Part shown: positions 35,502-45,806 of the stretch, in pieces
Position numbering within the stretch: position 1 is the first letter of the stretch
Layout: each line of letters begins with the position of its first letter
IMG/VR virus record: IMGVR_UViG_3300046665_000548
Coordinates: 434,001-498,000 of that record
DNA: 64,000 nucleotides
Strand: one strand, 5' to 3'
Made by a program: the position numbers and the translations under genes
The notes under the pieces: model-generated
Seen by the model: the letters and a program-made list of their open reading frames with translations, nothing else
Told to the model about the DNA's origin: nothing
The model's database searches: none

Positions 35502-38500
35502 TTAGTGGCGTTGGATGGCGATTTCGATAATGCCTTGACCGGTCGTTGTCTTGTCTTCCAGAGCCTTGCCGATGATCGATCCCATAGTGAAAGCCGTTGA
35601 AGCCTTGGCGAAACCAGGAGTGGTGCTAGTCGTCAGCATCTGGCCCTTCTTGACCTTGCCGATAACCTTACACGGAACACGTCCAACGAGAGCCACATAC
35701 GGATGGGTCTCATCTGTTCCGGCATTAGCGTTGAGCATCGATCCTGGAGCGGTCGAGATAACACCTGCAACTGCCTGATCGTCCGCGACGGTCGATTCGG
35801 TGATCTCCTTGTCGCCACCGTAGCTGACAACAGTTCCTGGTTCGTATGGCATGTCCGAGCAATAACGCTCGGCCAAGTCGGCGTATTGAGCCGCAGTCGC
35901 CGTGCCGTTCATCACGTTACAGTAAATGCTCGAATACTGAGTGCCAGTGTAGCCAGTCTGACGGAAATGGAACGTGCCGTCAGAGTGCATGGCCATCGTA
36001 GCCTGCGTACGGCCCGACCAGTTGAAGTTCACGGCCGGAGCGTAGTTGTAGCTGCTTTGAGCAACGCCTACCTGTCCGATTTCACGAATAGACACGCCAG
36101 AGTTGGCCTGATCCGCACCTGCCGTGCTCGAACCGATGATGAGCGTACCAAGCTGAGGAGTAGCGTCGATGCGAGCAAAGTTTGAGCCCGAGACGCCGTT
36201 GATTTGAGACGCGCTGGTAGCCGTGGTAGCGTTTCCGGTCAGAGCCGCCGTGATAGTACCTGCCGAGAAATTACCAGAAGAGTCACGGAGGACGATAGTC
36301 GATGCAGTGTTTGCGGCAGTGGCGTTCGAAGAAATCGTGATCGCCGCTGTTTCCGATCCAGAGCCGCTAACAGTGATACCCGCACCGCTGCCCACAACGG
36401 TGGCCACATAGTTGCCAACCGTATGAGTGCCAAGCGTGATGGAATCATTTGCGAGTGTTGCGTTGAGCGTAGTGTTGCCCAAATCAGTGACAGTTGCTGT
36501 TCCAGTAAGTGCACCTGATAGGGTGATCGTGAAATCGTTCACGTCGAAGCTAAGCTTACCGCCGCCCGTACCACCCGTCCCGGTGTCATCGTAAACGACC
36601 GAAATACCCTTCTGCGAACCGATGCTACCAGAAGGGGTGACCATGCCACCAACAATATCCTGGACCGCTTCAGCGAGAGCCGTGCTGGCTGCGTCGATAG
36701 CCAGGGTGATTCCCGTACCGGCTCCGGCAGCGCCGGTCACCTGAATGCCGCCGCCGCCCGACACTGTAGCGACGTAGTTGCCCGAGGTATGAGTACCGAG
36801 GGTCACAGCGCCAGCCGCGATGCTTGTGGTGATAGACGTGTTCGCCAGATTGGTAACGGTGGCCGTTCCCGTGATCGGACCAGCGAGTGTGATCGAGAAG
36901 TCATTCACGTCAAAGTTCAGCTTACCGACGCCTACGACTGGATCATCATAGTAAGTGACCGAGATACCAGCGGATGTGTTGCTGGTGACCATGCCGCCAA
37001 CCACGTCCTGCACGCCTTCTGCGAAGTTAGCTGAGCCCGTATCGAGAGCGACAGTCCACTGTGCGCCATTGTTTCCAGTGATACCATTCGTGAGAGTGAT
37101 ACCAGTTCCGGCAGTCATGGTCGCAACATAGTTGCCCGTCGTGTGCGTACCTAGAGTGACGGAAGAGTTCGGCAATGTAGTCGAAATAGTAGTGTTGCCG
37201 AGATTGGTCATCGTGGCGCTACCCGACACGGCACCAGAGATGGTGATGGTCGGATCGTTGACGTTGAAGTTCAGCTTGCCGTTCGTGTCGTCATAGATGA
37301 CCGCAATACCAAGCTGTTGAGAAATACCAGAGACCATCGTACCAACGAGGTCCTGCATGGCTTCAACGAAACCTGCTTCGTTAGTATCCAAGTTAAGCGT
37401 ATACGCAGCGCCTTCGGCTGTGCTGGAGGCATTTGTGAGACCGAGACCAGTACCGGTAGCCAACGTAGATACGTAATAGCCAGTCGTATCCGTGCCAAGG
37501 GCAACAGCGTCCGTGCCGACCACCGTGTTGATAGTTACGTTACCGAGGTTCGTAACAGTCGCGGTGCCCTGTACGTCGCCCTGAAGGGTGATCGTGAAAT
37601 TCTTGGTCTGGTAGTTGATCTTTCCGTTAGCACTGTCGTAGGTGACGGTGATGCCGTTCTGAGTGCTACCAGTGTTGAGTGCGCCAACAATGTCCTGAAC
37701 CTGAGAGGTCGTGAGACTTGCAGGGACGTTCAAGGTTACAAGCGATGGATCAGTACCATCGGCTACAAGTGTAGCACCGCCTGTGAAATTGATCGTCTTG
37801 ATACCGTTCGAAACACCGACCGTTGACGAGTTCAGCTTAGTCGTCAGCTTAGTCGTGTGCTGGCTGTTTTCCCACTTTGACGTGGCGCTGTTGTACAGGA
37901 GCGAATCGCCATTGGTCAGATTTACAATCGACAAATCCGACAGGTTGGACAGACCAGCGGCAAGGTTCAACGTGATGTTGCTGCTAAGTGCACCGCCGCC
38001 AGAAAGACCTGTGCCTGCGATAACCTGACGGGCTACCGGAACAGCGCCAACATCAGTAGCGGTCGGCATTGAGTGAATATGATCAGCGCGCGCAACTTTA
38101 TTCGATACGCCAACGTAAGCCGATCCCAGATTGGAAGGGACCGTGCTGGCAAAGTCAGCAGCAAGCGTGAAACCACCGCCAGCACCGCCGTCATTTGCCG
38201 TAATACCGAGGCCAGCCTGTAGTCTTCTCTCATTAGTGAGAGTTCCGTTAAGGCTCACAGTCAAATATGTGGCGTCGAGGGGCGCTCCATCTCCGGTGCC
38301 ACCACCACCGGTGCCACCTGAGATACCGGCTGCGGCTGCCTTTGCGGCGAATGTCGAATTGTCAATGTTAGTCAAGTCAACACGAGCTACCTCGTAACCG
38401 CCCTGCGTAACGCCATCGTGAACATGGAGAGACTTATGGTCAGTGTTGACAGTCAACTCGGCGTTGGCACCAACGAATGTTGCGTGTTCGGTGTCCGTGC

Positions 38501-38540
38501 CTCTACGAAGCTTTAGCTCATTAGCCATAGTATTTGTCAA
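35502..38540 (-). CDS. Tail fibre-like protein with four ~115-aa repeats and a C-terminal intramolecular-chaperone-like domain
   Basis: N-terminal LKLRRGT...HDGVTQGG; repeats VQD(I/V)VG...GI.V.YD...NDFTITL.G...LGTHT.GNYVA; C-terminal ADLAERY...GRVPCKV...IIGKALE. Confidence 0.8.
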   Translation of the reverse strand: MTNTMANELKLRRGTDTEHATFVGANAELTVNTDHKSLHVHDGVTQGGYEVARVDLTNIDNSTFAAKAAAAGISGGTGGGGTGDGAPLDATYLTVSLNGTLTNERRLQAGLGITANDGGAGGGFTLAADFASTVPSNLGSAYVGVSNKVARADHIHSMPTATDVGAVPVARQVIAGTGLSGGGALSSNITLNLAAGLSNLSDLSIVNLTNGDSLLYNSATSKWENSQHTTKLTTKLNSSTVGVSNGIKTINFTGGATLVADGTDPSLVTLNVPASLTTSQVQDIVGALNTGSTQNGITVTYDSANGKINYQTKNFTITLQGDVQGTATVTNLGNVTINTVVGTDAVALGTDTTGYYVSTLATGTGLGLTNASSTAEGAAYTLNLDTNEAGFVEAMQDLVGTMVSGISQQLGIAVIYDDTNGKLNFNVNDPTITISGAVSGSATMTNLGNTTISTTLPNSSVTLGTHTTGNYVATMTAGTGITLTNGITGNNGAQWTVALDTGSANFAEGVQDVVGGMVTSNTSAGISVTYYDDPVVGVGKLNFDVNDFSITLAGPITGTATVTNLANTSITTSIAAGAVTLGTHTSGNYVATVSGGGGIQVTGAAGAGTGITLAIDAASTALAEAVQDIVGGMVTPSGSIGSQKGISVVYDDTGTGGTGGGKLSFDVNDFTITLSGALTGTATVTDLGNTTLNATLANDSITLGTHTVGNYVATVVGSGAGITVSGSGSETAAITISSNATAANTASTIVLRDSSGNFSAGTITAALTGNATTATSASQINGVSGSNFARIDATPQLGTLIIGSSTAGADQANSGVSIREIGQVGVAQSSYNYAPAVNFNWSGRTQATMAMHSDGTFHFRQTGYTGTQYSSIYCNVMNGTATAAQYADLAERYCSDMPYEPGTVVSYGGDKEITESTVADDQAVAGVISTAPGSMLNANAGTDETHPYVALVGRVPCKVIGKVKKGQMLTTSTTPGFAKASTAFTMGSIIGKALEDKTTTGQGIIEIAIQRH

Positions 38541-41422
38541 ACTCCATCTGTGAGAAGGCCCATATTGGGGGCAGTTTCGATGATGCCAACGCCAATATCG
38601 CCAAGGTCAATGCTGTTGCCGTATTTATCTGTGATAAGTCCGCAGTCAATTATCGGCTTTCGGTACCAACCATCCATCAGACTATACATCTGGATGACTA
38701 CCTTGTTGTTTTCCACATCGTCTTCTAGCACTGCTGTAATTTGCTGAGTGCTGACAATATCCATAATCGCGCGTTCAGCTATCAGTTCTCCATTGTAGAG
38801 AAACTGGCTCTTTGCAATGATGGCATCGCTCTGGGCGCTAATGGTGACTGTGCCGCCAGGACCGCCGTCGTTGATGCTGATGCCGGTACCAGCCGAGAGA
38901 ACTCGCGCGTTGGGGACGTTCTCGCTGCCGTTATCAAGTACGATAAATTTTTCGTTGCCCGGTGAGTTCGGAATAAAAATCGTAGCAAGCTGACCATCGA
39001 CCGTAACCGCGCTGGTTACGCCGCCGCCAACGAAGTTGATCGAAGAAACCGCAGTACCCTTGACGTTGCCTTCGTCGCGAACCTCAAGACCAGAACCGAA
39101 TGCGCTTCCAGATGTGACCATCAACAACTTGCCGTCGTTCTGGCCACCAGTGAAGGAGATAGTTCCAGTACCTTGAACGGCTCCCGTGAGAGTCAGCGTA
39201 ATCGGCTTCGTCTGAAACTTGATCTTCTGGTTAGGCGAATCGTAAGTAACATCGACGCCGAGTTGAGAGCCGGAAATCAAGTTAGTAACGATGCCGCGAA
39301 CTTCGCCAGCATCGAGGTCTGGTATGACCGCAATATTAGCCGTGTCACCGACGACGGTTGCCGTGATTCCGCTTCCGACAAAATTGATAGACTTAACCGC
39401 TGCGATATCGCCCGAGCGAACGCCTTCGTCCAGAATAGTGACGCCGGTAATACGATCTGATGTCGTATTGATTGTAACATCTCGAAGCTTAGAGACTTTG
39501 GCCGTACCTGTGACAGCGCCTGCGAGGTTGATGTTAAATTCGCGGACGCCAAGTTCTACGATGTTGTTTCCCGCATCATAATTGACGGTGACGCCGGTTT
39601 CTGTTTCCAGATTAGAGTTTGCCTCGCGGACTGTTCCCTTGATCGTCGTACCGATTGTGTTACGAACATCGGTGACGGTGATTGCTTGTGGAATGTCAAC
39701 TGTAGCGACACCTCCCGACTGGGAAACGGTGACGCCTGAGCCTGTGAAATTGAGGCTTTGTACGGACTGATCGAGGCCAATAGTGTTCCCGTGATCTTTT
39801 ACGGTGACACCCTTGATGAGGTCAGTAGATGTAAAGATATTGATGTCACCAAGGCGCGATGAATGACCCGTGCCGGTCACTGCGCCAGTAAGATTGACAT
39901 CGAACTCTTTGACGCCGATTTCGAGAACGTTGTTGGTCGCATCGTAATTCGTCGTAATACCGGTTTCGGCAGGCAACGTGACATTCGGATCACGAACAGT
40001 ACCGCGCACAAAGGTGCCGACGATATCCCGGACTTGCGACGGCAACAGTCTGCTGAATGTGAGGTCAACCTGATTTCCGTTTTGGACGGCGGTGATCGCG
40101 TCTCCCAGCAGATTGAATACCTTGACCGTTTCTGGATCACCAAGTGGGGTACCTGCTGTAAGGATTTGGACGCCCTTGATACGGTCCGATGTCGTATTGA
40201 TAACGATATCCTGGAGACGCTTGCTGTGGCCCGTACCTGTGACGGCACCGGTCAGCGTTACGTCGAATTCTCGAACACCAAGCTCGACCGTATTATTTGA
40301 TGCGTCGTAATTAGTCGTGATGCCAGTTTCGGTCTCAAGTTGTGTGTTCTGATCACGAACCGTTCCCTTAACGGTTCCGCCGATCTGATCTCGAACATCA
40401 CGCGCCGTCAGGATAGCCGGGATGTCGATGATCGACACCTCTCCTGTCTGAGTGACGGTTACTCCACTGCCAGTGAAATTTAGGAAGTGAGTGCCATCAA
40501 CAGGGCTTACGTTGACTCCGCTCTTCTGAACCGTGAAGCCGCTTCGGAAATTGCTCGTCGTGTTGATCGTGACATCAGAGAGATGCGAAACAGTAGCGCT
40601 ACCCTGGACAGTACCGGCCAGCGTGATCGTGAAATCTTTCGCTGAAAGGTTGACCTTGCCGCGAGTACCGTCGAAAACCGCGTTAATGCCTTCTTCAACG
40701 TTGTCATCGAATGCAGATGCGAGAATACCAGCCGAACCGTTATTGATCGGAAGATCGCCCAGACGAGCGTTCAGATAGGCTAGATTGATTACGTCTGTCG
40801 GACCAACTGGATTGTTCTCAATCGTCAGAGACTGGGTGATTTCGGCGCGACCGACACGGAGAGCCCAACGATCCTGAGAGAAGAACTCCCATACGTTTTG
40901 GTCGTTATTGTATCGGAACGTTCCTGATACTGGATTGACCGGACGAGTGTTTGTCGTTCCTTGCGGAGCACGGATATAGTCGCTGGTGACAATGAGCGGA
41001 GCGGAGACCTGAACTGCGTCTCCAACAAGAAACTTGTCTTTGCTCTGATAGCTGACGTTCAGACCATTGTTGACCCTAGCACCGAGGGTGAAAAGAGAAA
41101 TCCAATCGGTGCCGTTGTAATATTGAACAAGGCCCTCATCGTATCGGAGCATACCAGGACGAACAGTGGTCGTCGGTGCTCCCTGTGGCAACGTCAAAGA
41201 GTTGCCAGTATAGCTCGCCTTGAAGTATACATGACCGCCAGCGTCACCGATGACGGGAACGACTTCGATTACGCTTCCATCTAAGGGTGTAGCGGTCTGC
41301 AAGTTTTCGATAGCAGCCTTAATGACCGTGAAATTGTCACGGAATTGCTGAGAAGGCTGCGTTACACCTGGAACTGGATAGTTCGGATCGTAAGTTTGTG
41401 GAAGACCCGTATCAATAGCCAT
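38537..41422 (-). CDS. Virion fibre/baseplate-associated protein with about five ~120-aa repeats
   Basis: QPSQQFRDNF N-terminus; repeats VR..(I/V)G...ETG(I/V)T.NYDA.NN.VELGVREF..L.GAVTGT. Confidence 0.78.
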   Translation of the reverse strand: MAIDTGLPQTYDPNYPVPGVTQPSQQFRDNFTVIKAAIENLQTATPLDGSVIEVVPVIGDAGGHVYFKASYTGNSLTLPQGAPTTTVRPGMLRYDEGLVQYYNGTDWISLFTLGARVNNGLNVSYQSKDKFLVGDAVQVSAPLIVTSDYIRAPQGTTNTRPVNPVSGTFRYNNDQNVWEFFSQDRWALRVGRAEITQSLTIENNPVGPTDVINLAYLNARLGDLPINNGSAGILASAFDDNVEEGINAVFDGTRGKVNLSAKDFTITLAGTVQGSATVSHLSDVTINTTSNFRSGFTVQKSGVNVSPVDGTHFLNFTGSGVTVTQTGEVSIIDIPAILTARDVRDQIGGTVKGTVRDQNTQLETETGITTNYDASNNTVELGVREFDVTLTGAVTGTGHSKRLQDIVINTTSDRIKGVQILTAGTPLGDPETVKVFNLLGDAITAVQNGNQVDLTFSRLLPSQVRDIVGTFVRGTVRDPNVTLPAETGITTNYDATNNVLEIGVKEFDVNLTGAVTGTGHSSRLGDINIFTSTDLIKGVTVKDHGNTIGLDQSVQSLNFTGSGVTVSQSGGVATVDIPQAITVTDVRNTIGTTIKGTVREANSNLETETGVTVNYDAGNNIVELGVREFNINLAGAVTGTAKVSKLRDVTINTTSDRITGVTILDEGVRSGDIAAVKSINFVGSGITATVVGDTANIAVIPDLDAGEVRGIVTNLISGSQLGVDVTYDSPNQKIKFQTKPITLTLTGAVQGTGTISFTGGQNDGKLLMVTSGSAFGSGLEVRDEGNVKGTAVSSINFVGGGVTSAVTVDGQLATIFIPNSPGNEKFIVLDNGSENVPNARVLSAGTGISINDGGPGGTVTISAQSDAIIAKSQFLYNGELIAERAIMDIVSTQQITAVLEDDVENNKVVIQMYSLMDGWYRKPIIDCGLITDKYGNSIDLGDIGVGIIETAPNMGLLTDGV

Positions 41423-41443
41423 TAATTAACTACCCCTGGAGAT

Positions 41444-43672
41444 TTAGAGGTATTTATTCGGCTCTAGTAACTGACCGTCGAACACTGTTTGGAAGGTGAT
41501 ATCGGAGCTATCGAACGACGTAATCGTACCATCGAAGGCCGTTTGCTTGACGATCAGATTGACTGTCGCGACGTAGCGGTCGAATGTAAACACGTGTCCA
41601 TCGTTCATTAGCTCGTCATCATGGACCCGCAGCGTCTCAAGAAGATTGGCTCCTTGTCCGGGTTGCAAGTGGGCAATTACGATGGAAGGAACATATCCCA
41701 AGACGCTGGATGGCACATTGCGAACCTGCTCTGCGCGCATCCACAATGGAAGACCTTCCGGCCCGGATGGTCCCAAAGTCGTAGTCTCCAGAAGATTGAC
41801 TGCTGGAAACTGAATATCCTTCGCAAGGTCTTTACGGATGTTTTCAAGGCTGATCGGATAGATGTACTCAATCGACTTCGACTGCGGATAGACGACCTTT
41901 TCTTCTATTGGAGCATTGTTCGTTCGGCTGAAACCACCTGAACCGGTATTAGGATCGTACACGTCTCGATATAGGACCTCATATGCTACGGCCCCGGTTT
42001 GATCACGAACAACCGCAATTTTATGATCTCCCAAAATGAGATCGAGCGAGCCATGATAGTCCGGATTCATAAGATGTGGGCTACCATCACCGCTTGTTGC
42101 GGTCTGGAGGCTCACTCCGTTAGCATTCAACCCGCGCACCACGTATACTCGCGGCTCACGCACCATACCGAAGTTGGCATCGTCTGCTCTGAATAGCATA
42201 TTCGTGTTGATGAAATCTCGGTAGTTCCTAAGAAAGTTATATCGATTAACCACCATCAGTTTCAGACCGATGTCGTAGAACGTGCGAGATGTAATTCTAG
42301 ATTTTAGAGTCAAAGAAAATGTTCTATCTACGAATGTCGGACCAGATTCGGCTCTGACCGTAAAGCTATACTTGCTGTCATAAGTGACAAAGCCGTTGAT
42401 CCCGCGAATTTCGCCAGTGCTTTGCACTATAATCAAACCGGGCGGCAAGCCGCGTGAGCTTGGGGCCATAGAATAGGTTATGACTGCATTATCTTCGCCG
42501 CCAATGATCTGTGCTTCGATCTTCAAGAAGCACGGCTCGGCCGAGTAAATCGTACCTAGATCGGTTTGAGTGATCCAATTGATCTTAGGGGTGGCTTCGA
42601 GTTTACTCGCAAGTTCATACAGTACCTCGATCATAAACGTGAAGACCGTCGTGTTGTCGTTGGTCTTCAATTGAAAGAAATACTGCCCGGCAGGGATCGA
42701 TGGATCGATCATGCCTTCGATCTGATAGCCGTTCAGCTTGAGACCTGTCGGCATACCGCCAAAATATTCACCGATGTCGGGGAGACCCGTAACCTTCTTG
42801 ACGAAAAGCGTCGGATGATCTCCGTCAGGATCGATAACGTCGAGTGTATACGCGAAGCTCTGACCACGCTTCAATCGTGCAAGGCGACGATATTGAATTG
42901 TTGTGTCGGGTAGAGTTTGAAGTGCCGGTAGTGAGCGCGATTCATACGTCGTCGGATAGTCCACACCAGTTACCGCAATACTAAATGTGCGGTCACGCGA
43001 CCGAAGACCGTTGGATGCACGTACAGTGAATCCATAGGTAGTAAGCTCGGGAGGATTCACATTGCCGACCGTGCCCACGATTTCACCGGTCTCTGGAGCG
43101 ATACCAAGTCCAGGCGGCAATGCCCCATTCAATATAGTGTAGGTCAGACGATTAGTCGTATATACCTCAATTACGGAAATAGCCGGAAGAGGATCAAATA
43201 GAATCGATCCCGATCCCTTCGTAAATGAAATCGCGTCTCCGTTCACGACTACACTATTGACATACGTTACTACATTCGTAGGCATAGTAATGAACGCCGT
43301 TCCTGCCGGAACAATCGTCGTTAGTACATCAACCGCGTCTAGAAAATAGGATGCCTGCTCGCCTTCTTGAGACGTTAAAAGAAGAGAGGATGGAGTTTGC
43401 CAATGAGGAACGAAACCTTCATGGGAAATATTGTTGAAGGACGTGAACTCCCGAATTGAGTTACTGGCCGATCCAACGATAAAGACGCGAAGATTAGAAT
43501 TGCCCGTGATAGGAGCGAGGGTAGAAGCGACCACGCCTCGAACGGGCAGTTCGCTATCCACTTGTTGCGTCAGCAAACCGATTGGATCGTTTCCAGACAG
43601 AGAAACCAGAAGGTACGCTGCGGATTCCGTCTCTAAATTGTCATACGTGTTAGTAGCGGAACCTACCGGCAT
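41444..43672 (-). CDS. Baseplate/virion structural protein with putative Ig-like (He_PIG) repeats
   Basis: GALPPGLGIAPETGEIVG and GLPPGLIIVQSTGEIRG; late promoter upstream. Confidence 0.7.
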   Translation of the reverse strand: MPVGSATNTYDNLETESAAYLLVSLSGNDPIGLLTQQVDSELPVRGVVASTLAPITGNSNLRVFIVGSASNSIREFTSFNNISHEGFVPHWQTPSSLLLTSQEGEQASYFLDAVDVLTTIVPAGTAFITMPTNVVTYVNSVVVNGDAISFTKGSGSILFDPLPAISVIEVYTTNRLTYTILNGALPPGLGIAPETGEIVGTVGNVNPPELTTYGFTVRASNGLRSRDRTFSIAVTGVDYPTTYESRSLPALQTLPDTTIQYRRLARLKRGQSFAYTLDVIDPDGDHPTLFVKKVTGLPDIGEYFGGMPTGLKLNGYQIEGMIDPSIPAGQYFFQLKTNDNTTVFTFMIEVLYELASKLEATPKINWITQTDLGTIYSAEPCFLKIEAQIIGGEDNAVITYSMAPSSRGLPPGLIIVQSTGEIRGINGFVTYDSKYSFTVRAESGPTFVDRTFSLTLKSRITSRTFYDIGLKLMVVNRYNFLRNYRDFINTNMLFRADDANFGMVREPRVYVVRGLNANGVSLQTATSGDGSPHLMNPDYHGSLDLILGDHKIAVVRDQTGAVAYEVLYRDVYDPNTGSGGFSRTNNAPIEEKVVYPQSKSIEYIYPISLENIRKDLAKDIQFPAVNLLETTTLGPSGPEGLPLWMRAEQVRNVPSSVLGYVPSIVIAHLQPGQGANLLETLRVHDDELMNDGHVFTFDRYVATVNLIVKQTAFDGTITSFDSSDITFQTVFDGQLLEPNKYL

Positions 43673-43697
43673 TCAACTATCACTCCTCTTGAGCAAG

Positions 43698-43705
43698 TAT
43701 TTAGC
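43698..43705 (-). promoter_or_regulatory. Late promoter GCTAAATA
   Basis: Upstream of GAGGAG and the structural operon. Confidence 0.55.
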
Positions 43706-43739
43706 GGTTCGAAACGCTAAATCTGCACATGGAGTGAGC

Positions 43740-44474
43740 TTAAAGGCTCAAGCCTCTATCTTGAGCTTGCGTCCTAGCATCACGAAGGCGATCTAGGTAA
43801 CCCAGCGCCCTGAGGCTCTTGAAGGCAAGGTTCTCTGTTGAGAATTCACCACCATCCCGGAGTCCGCTTTGGCGCATTTCTCGTAGGCGGCTCATCAGCG
43901 CGGAAAGTCGATCCATATCTGGCTGGCCATCTAACAGAGCATCTATCTCGTCTGCTAGATGTTCGGTTTTGGCGAGCACGGCGGCGTCGTCATAGGACGG
44001 TTCGACAGGTTCGGGATGATTCAACCAGCTACCGCGAAGAATACTGAATACCCCATTGGAGTAAGCGGGTGAGCGCTGGTCTTCGACGTACATCTCGATC
44101 TTGAAGCCACGCACCGAAATGTCGTGGCTGACGTTCCAGAGGGTTTTCTTTGCAGAGAAAAAGTTCTCCGCCAACTTCGGACACGTGGTTTTGCTGTAAT
44201 CCACGATGAGATGGACATCGATGTCACTCAAATCGGTGTAATTGTATGCGGCGTTCGATCCGGTAACCACAACGTCGGACAACTTCAATTCAGGCATTTC
44301 GAGAAAATCGTAAAAAGCCATCGCTGCTTTAAGCAGGCGCGCTCGCACGGGTAGCAACATATCGTCGCTTTCGTCCCACAAGCCTGGGTTCAAGCGATCA
44401 TGGAATGCGATGTTTTTGGAGACGGCTGCCGGATCAATCCGTGCCTCAAGCTCAATTTCTCGACTGCGAATCAT
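43740..44474 (-). CDS. Pol-beta-superfamily nucleotidyltransferase
   Basis: VVVTGSNAAYNYTDLSDIDVHLIVD (GS..DxD) plus IEMYVED third acid. Confidence 0.75.
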   Translation of the reverse strand: MIRSREIELEARIDPAAVSKNIAFHDRLNPGLWDESDDMLLPVRARLLKAAMAFYDFLEMPELKLSDVVVTGSNAAYNYTDLSDIDVHLIVDYSKTTCPKLAENFFSAKKTLWNVSHDISVRGFKIEMYVEDQRSPAYSNGVFSILRGSWLNHPEPVEPSYDDAAVLAKTEHLADEIDALLDGQPDMDRLSALMSRLREMRQSGLRDGGEFSTENLAFKSLRALGYLDRLRDARTQAQDRGLSL

Positions 44475-44479
44475 GCGCG

Positions 44480-44487
44480 TATTTACA
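44480..44487 (-). promoter_or_regulatory. Late promoter TGTAAATA (leaderless candidate)
   Basis: 5 nt before ATG 44474. Confidence 0.55.
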
Positions 44488-44837
44488 CAAACTTCCGCAA
44501 ATCAAGCGTTCTTTTGATGGCCTCACGAACTCGTGATAATCGACCAAAACGCGCGAGTAAAATTCCTACCAAAATCGGTTTTTTCTGTTTATTGAACCAC
44601 GATAAGCCCTTGAATTAAATCATAAAGGCTTGAAAAGAATGACATTCATAGATTCGACACATGCCGGTAAATTGAAAATCGAGGCTATTTACGCCTAAAT
44701 TTGGTATCCGAATTTCGACCTCAAATGATGCTATTTTGGTGCTTTTCGTATCAAGGCTTGCAGGGGTAAGCCATTGTGCATATTATGCTTCTTAACGGCG
44801 ACCCTACCTAGAAGTCGATCACGCACGGAGTACCAAA

Positions 44838-45698
44838 ATGTTCGCGATCACATTGAACAAACCAGCCCACCATAGTTTTTTCCGCGAAGAACGAGCGCGG
44901 GGAATGCGGGTCAAAATCACGCCGAACAAGACCGTCCAATTTCAGCCGGTCCATGACACCAAAGAAGATGACGTGATCCCGTTAGATTTCAGATCAAGAG
45001 GGGGTCTCGGCGGGACCATCGAAGGTTCCATGGCCGAAGAACTCCAGAAGTACCTTACGAACCCTAACGGGAATCCATTCTTCACTATCAAGCGCGTTAG
45101 GGACGGATGGTATGCCCTGAAGCCAGCATCAAGCCAGCCATCCCGCTTCACACCGCACCTTCGTATTTGGTCGAAGGACGGCACTACATCTGCTCGGCCT
45201 TTGGACCACTCTCGTATTCTTGAGGAAGTCCGTGAAGCTAAGGCCATTATCTACGATCACGAAAATCAGCGAAACACCAAAGCGACGAAAGCCGGAAGGC
45301 CGCCGCGCGAGGTCACTGATGCACGCGCCAAGCTTCAGGCTGTTGCCGAGGCGGCCCGTGAGGTTCTACCGGTGGATGAGATCAAGCGAGCTTGCTCGAT
45401 GCTGATCAACTACCTGGAGGGACCTTCTCCGTCCATAGATGCGGTAATGGAAGCCGGTAGGCTTCTCGGCGTTAAGCCATCCGCCAGTGCCTCTTCTCGA
45501 ACTGGCGTGACCACCTTATCTCGAACCACGATCAAGCAAGGAAGACACAAGGTCACCCTTAGCCGAGCCAACGTCGATCCAGACTCGGATCAAATTGCCT
45601 CAGCAGCGGCTTCCAAGCTTGGTTTCAAAAATGATCCCCTACCGGTCGTAGCTTCATCGAGGCGGCGATCTCAGCAACACGCAGTCGCGGCCTACTAA
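44838..45698 (+). CDS. Hypothetical basic protein
   Basis: GGAG RBS; followed by a terminator. Confidence 0.65.
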   Translation: MFAITLNKPAHHSFFREERARGMRVKITPNKTVQFQPVHDTKEDDVIPLDFRSRGGLGGTIEGSMAEELQKYLTNPNGNPFFTIKRVRDGWYALKPASSQPSRFTPHLRIWSKDGTTSARPLDHSRILEEVREAKAIIYDHENQRNTKATKAGRPPREVTDARAKLQAVAEAAREVLPVDEIKRACSMLINYLEGPSPSIDAVMEAGRLLGVKPSASASSRTGVTTLSRTTIKQGRHKVTLSRANVDPDSDQIASAAASKLGFKNDPLPVVASSRRRSQQHAVAAY

Positions 45699-45728
45699 TA
45701 GGCTTAGGCTCGTCATCTTTTCTATCAC

Positions 45729-45758
45729 AACGCGCGGCTCTGGGGCCGCGCGTTTTTT
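45729..45758 (+). terminator. Intrinsic terminator
   Basis: AACGCGCGGC-tctggg-GCCGCGCGTT followed by TTTT. Confidence 0.85.
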
Positions 45759-45774
45759 GTTGTCCACAGAAAGA

Positions 45775-45782
45775 GATAAATA
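45775..45782 (+). promoter_or_regulatory. Late promoter GATAAATA
   Basis: 24 nt upstream of ATG 45807. Confidence 0.55.
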
Positions 45783-45806
45783 ACTGGAATTTTCCTGAGA
45801 GTATCA

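Noticed and set aside
35502-38540. Diversity-generating retroelement suggested by the Mtd-like N-terminus
   Set aside because: No reverse transcriptase and no near-identical TR/VR pair in the window.
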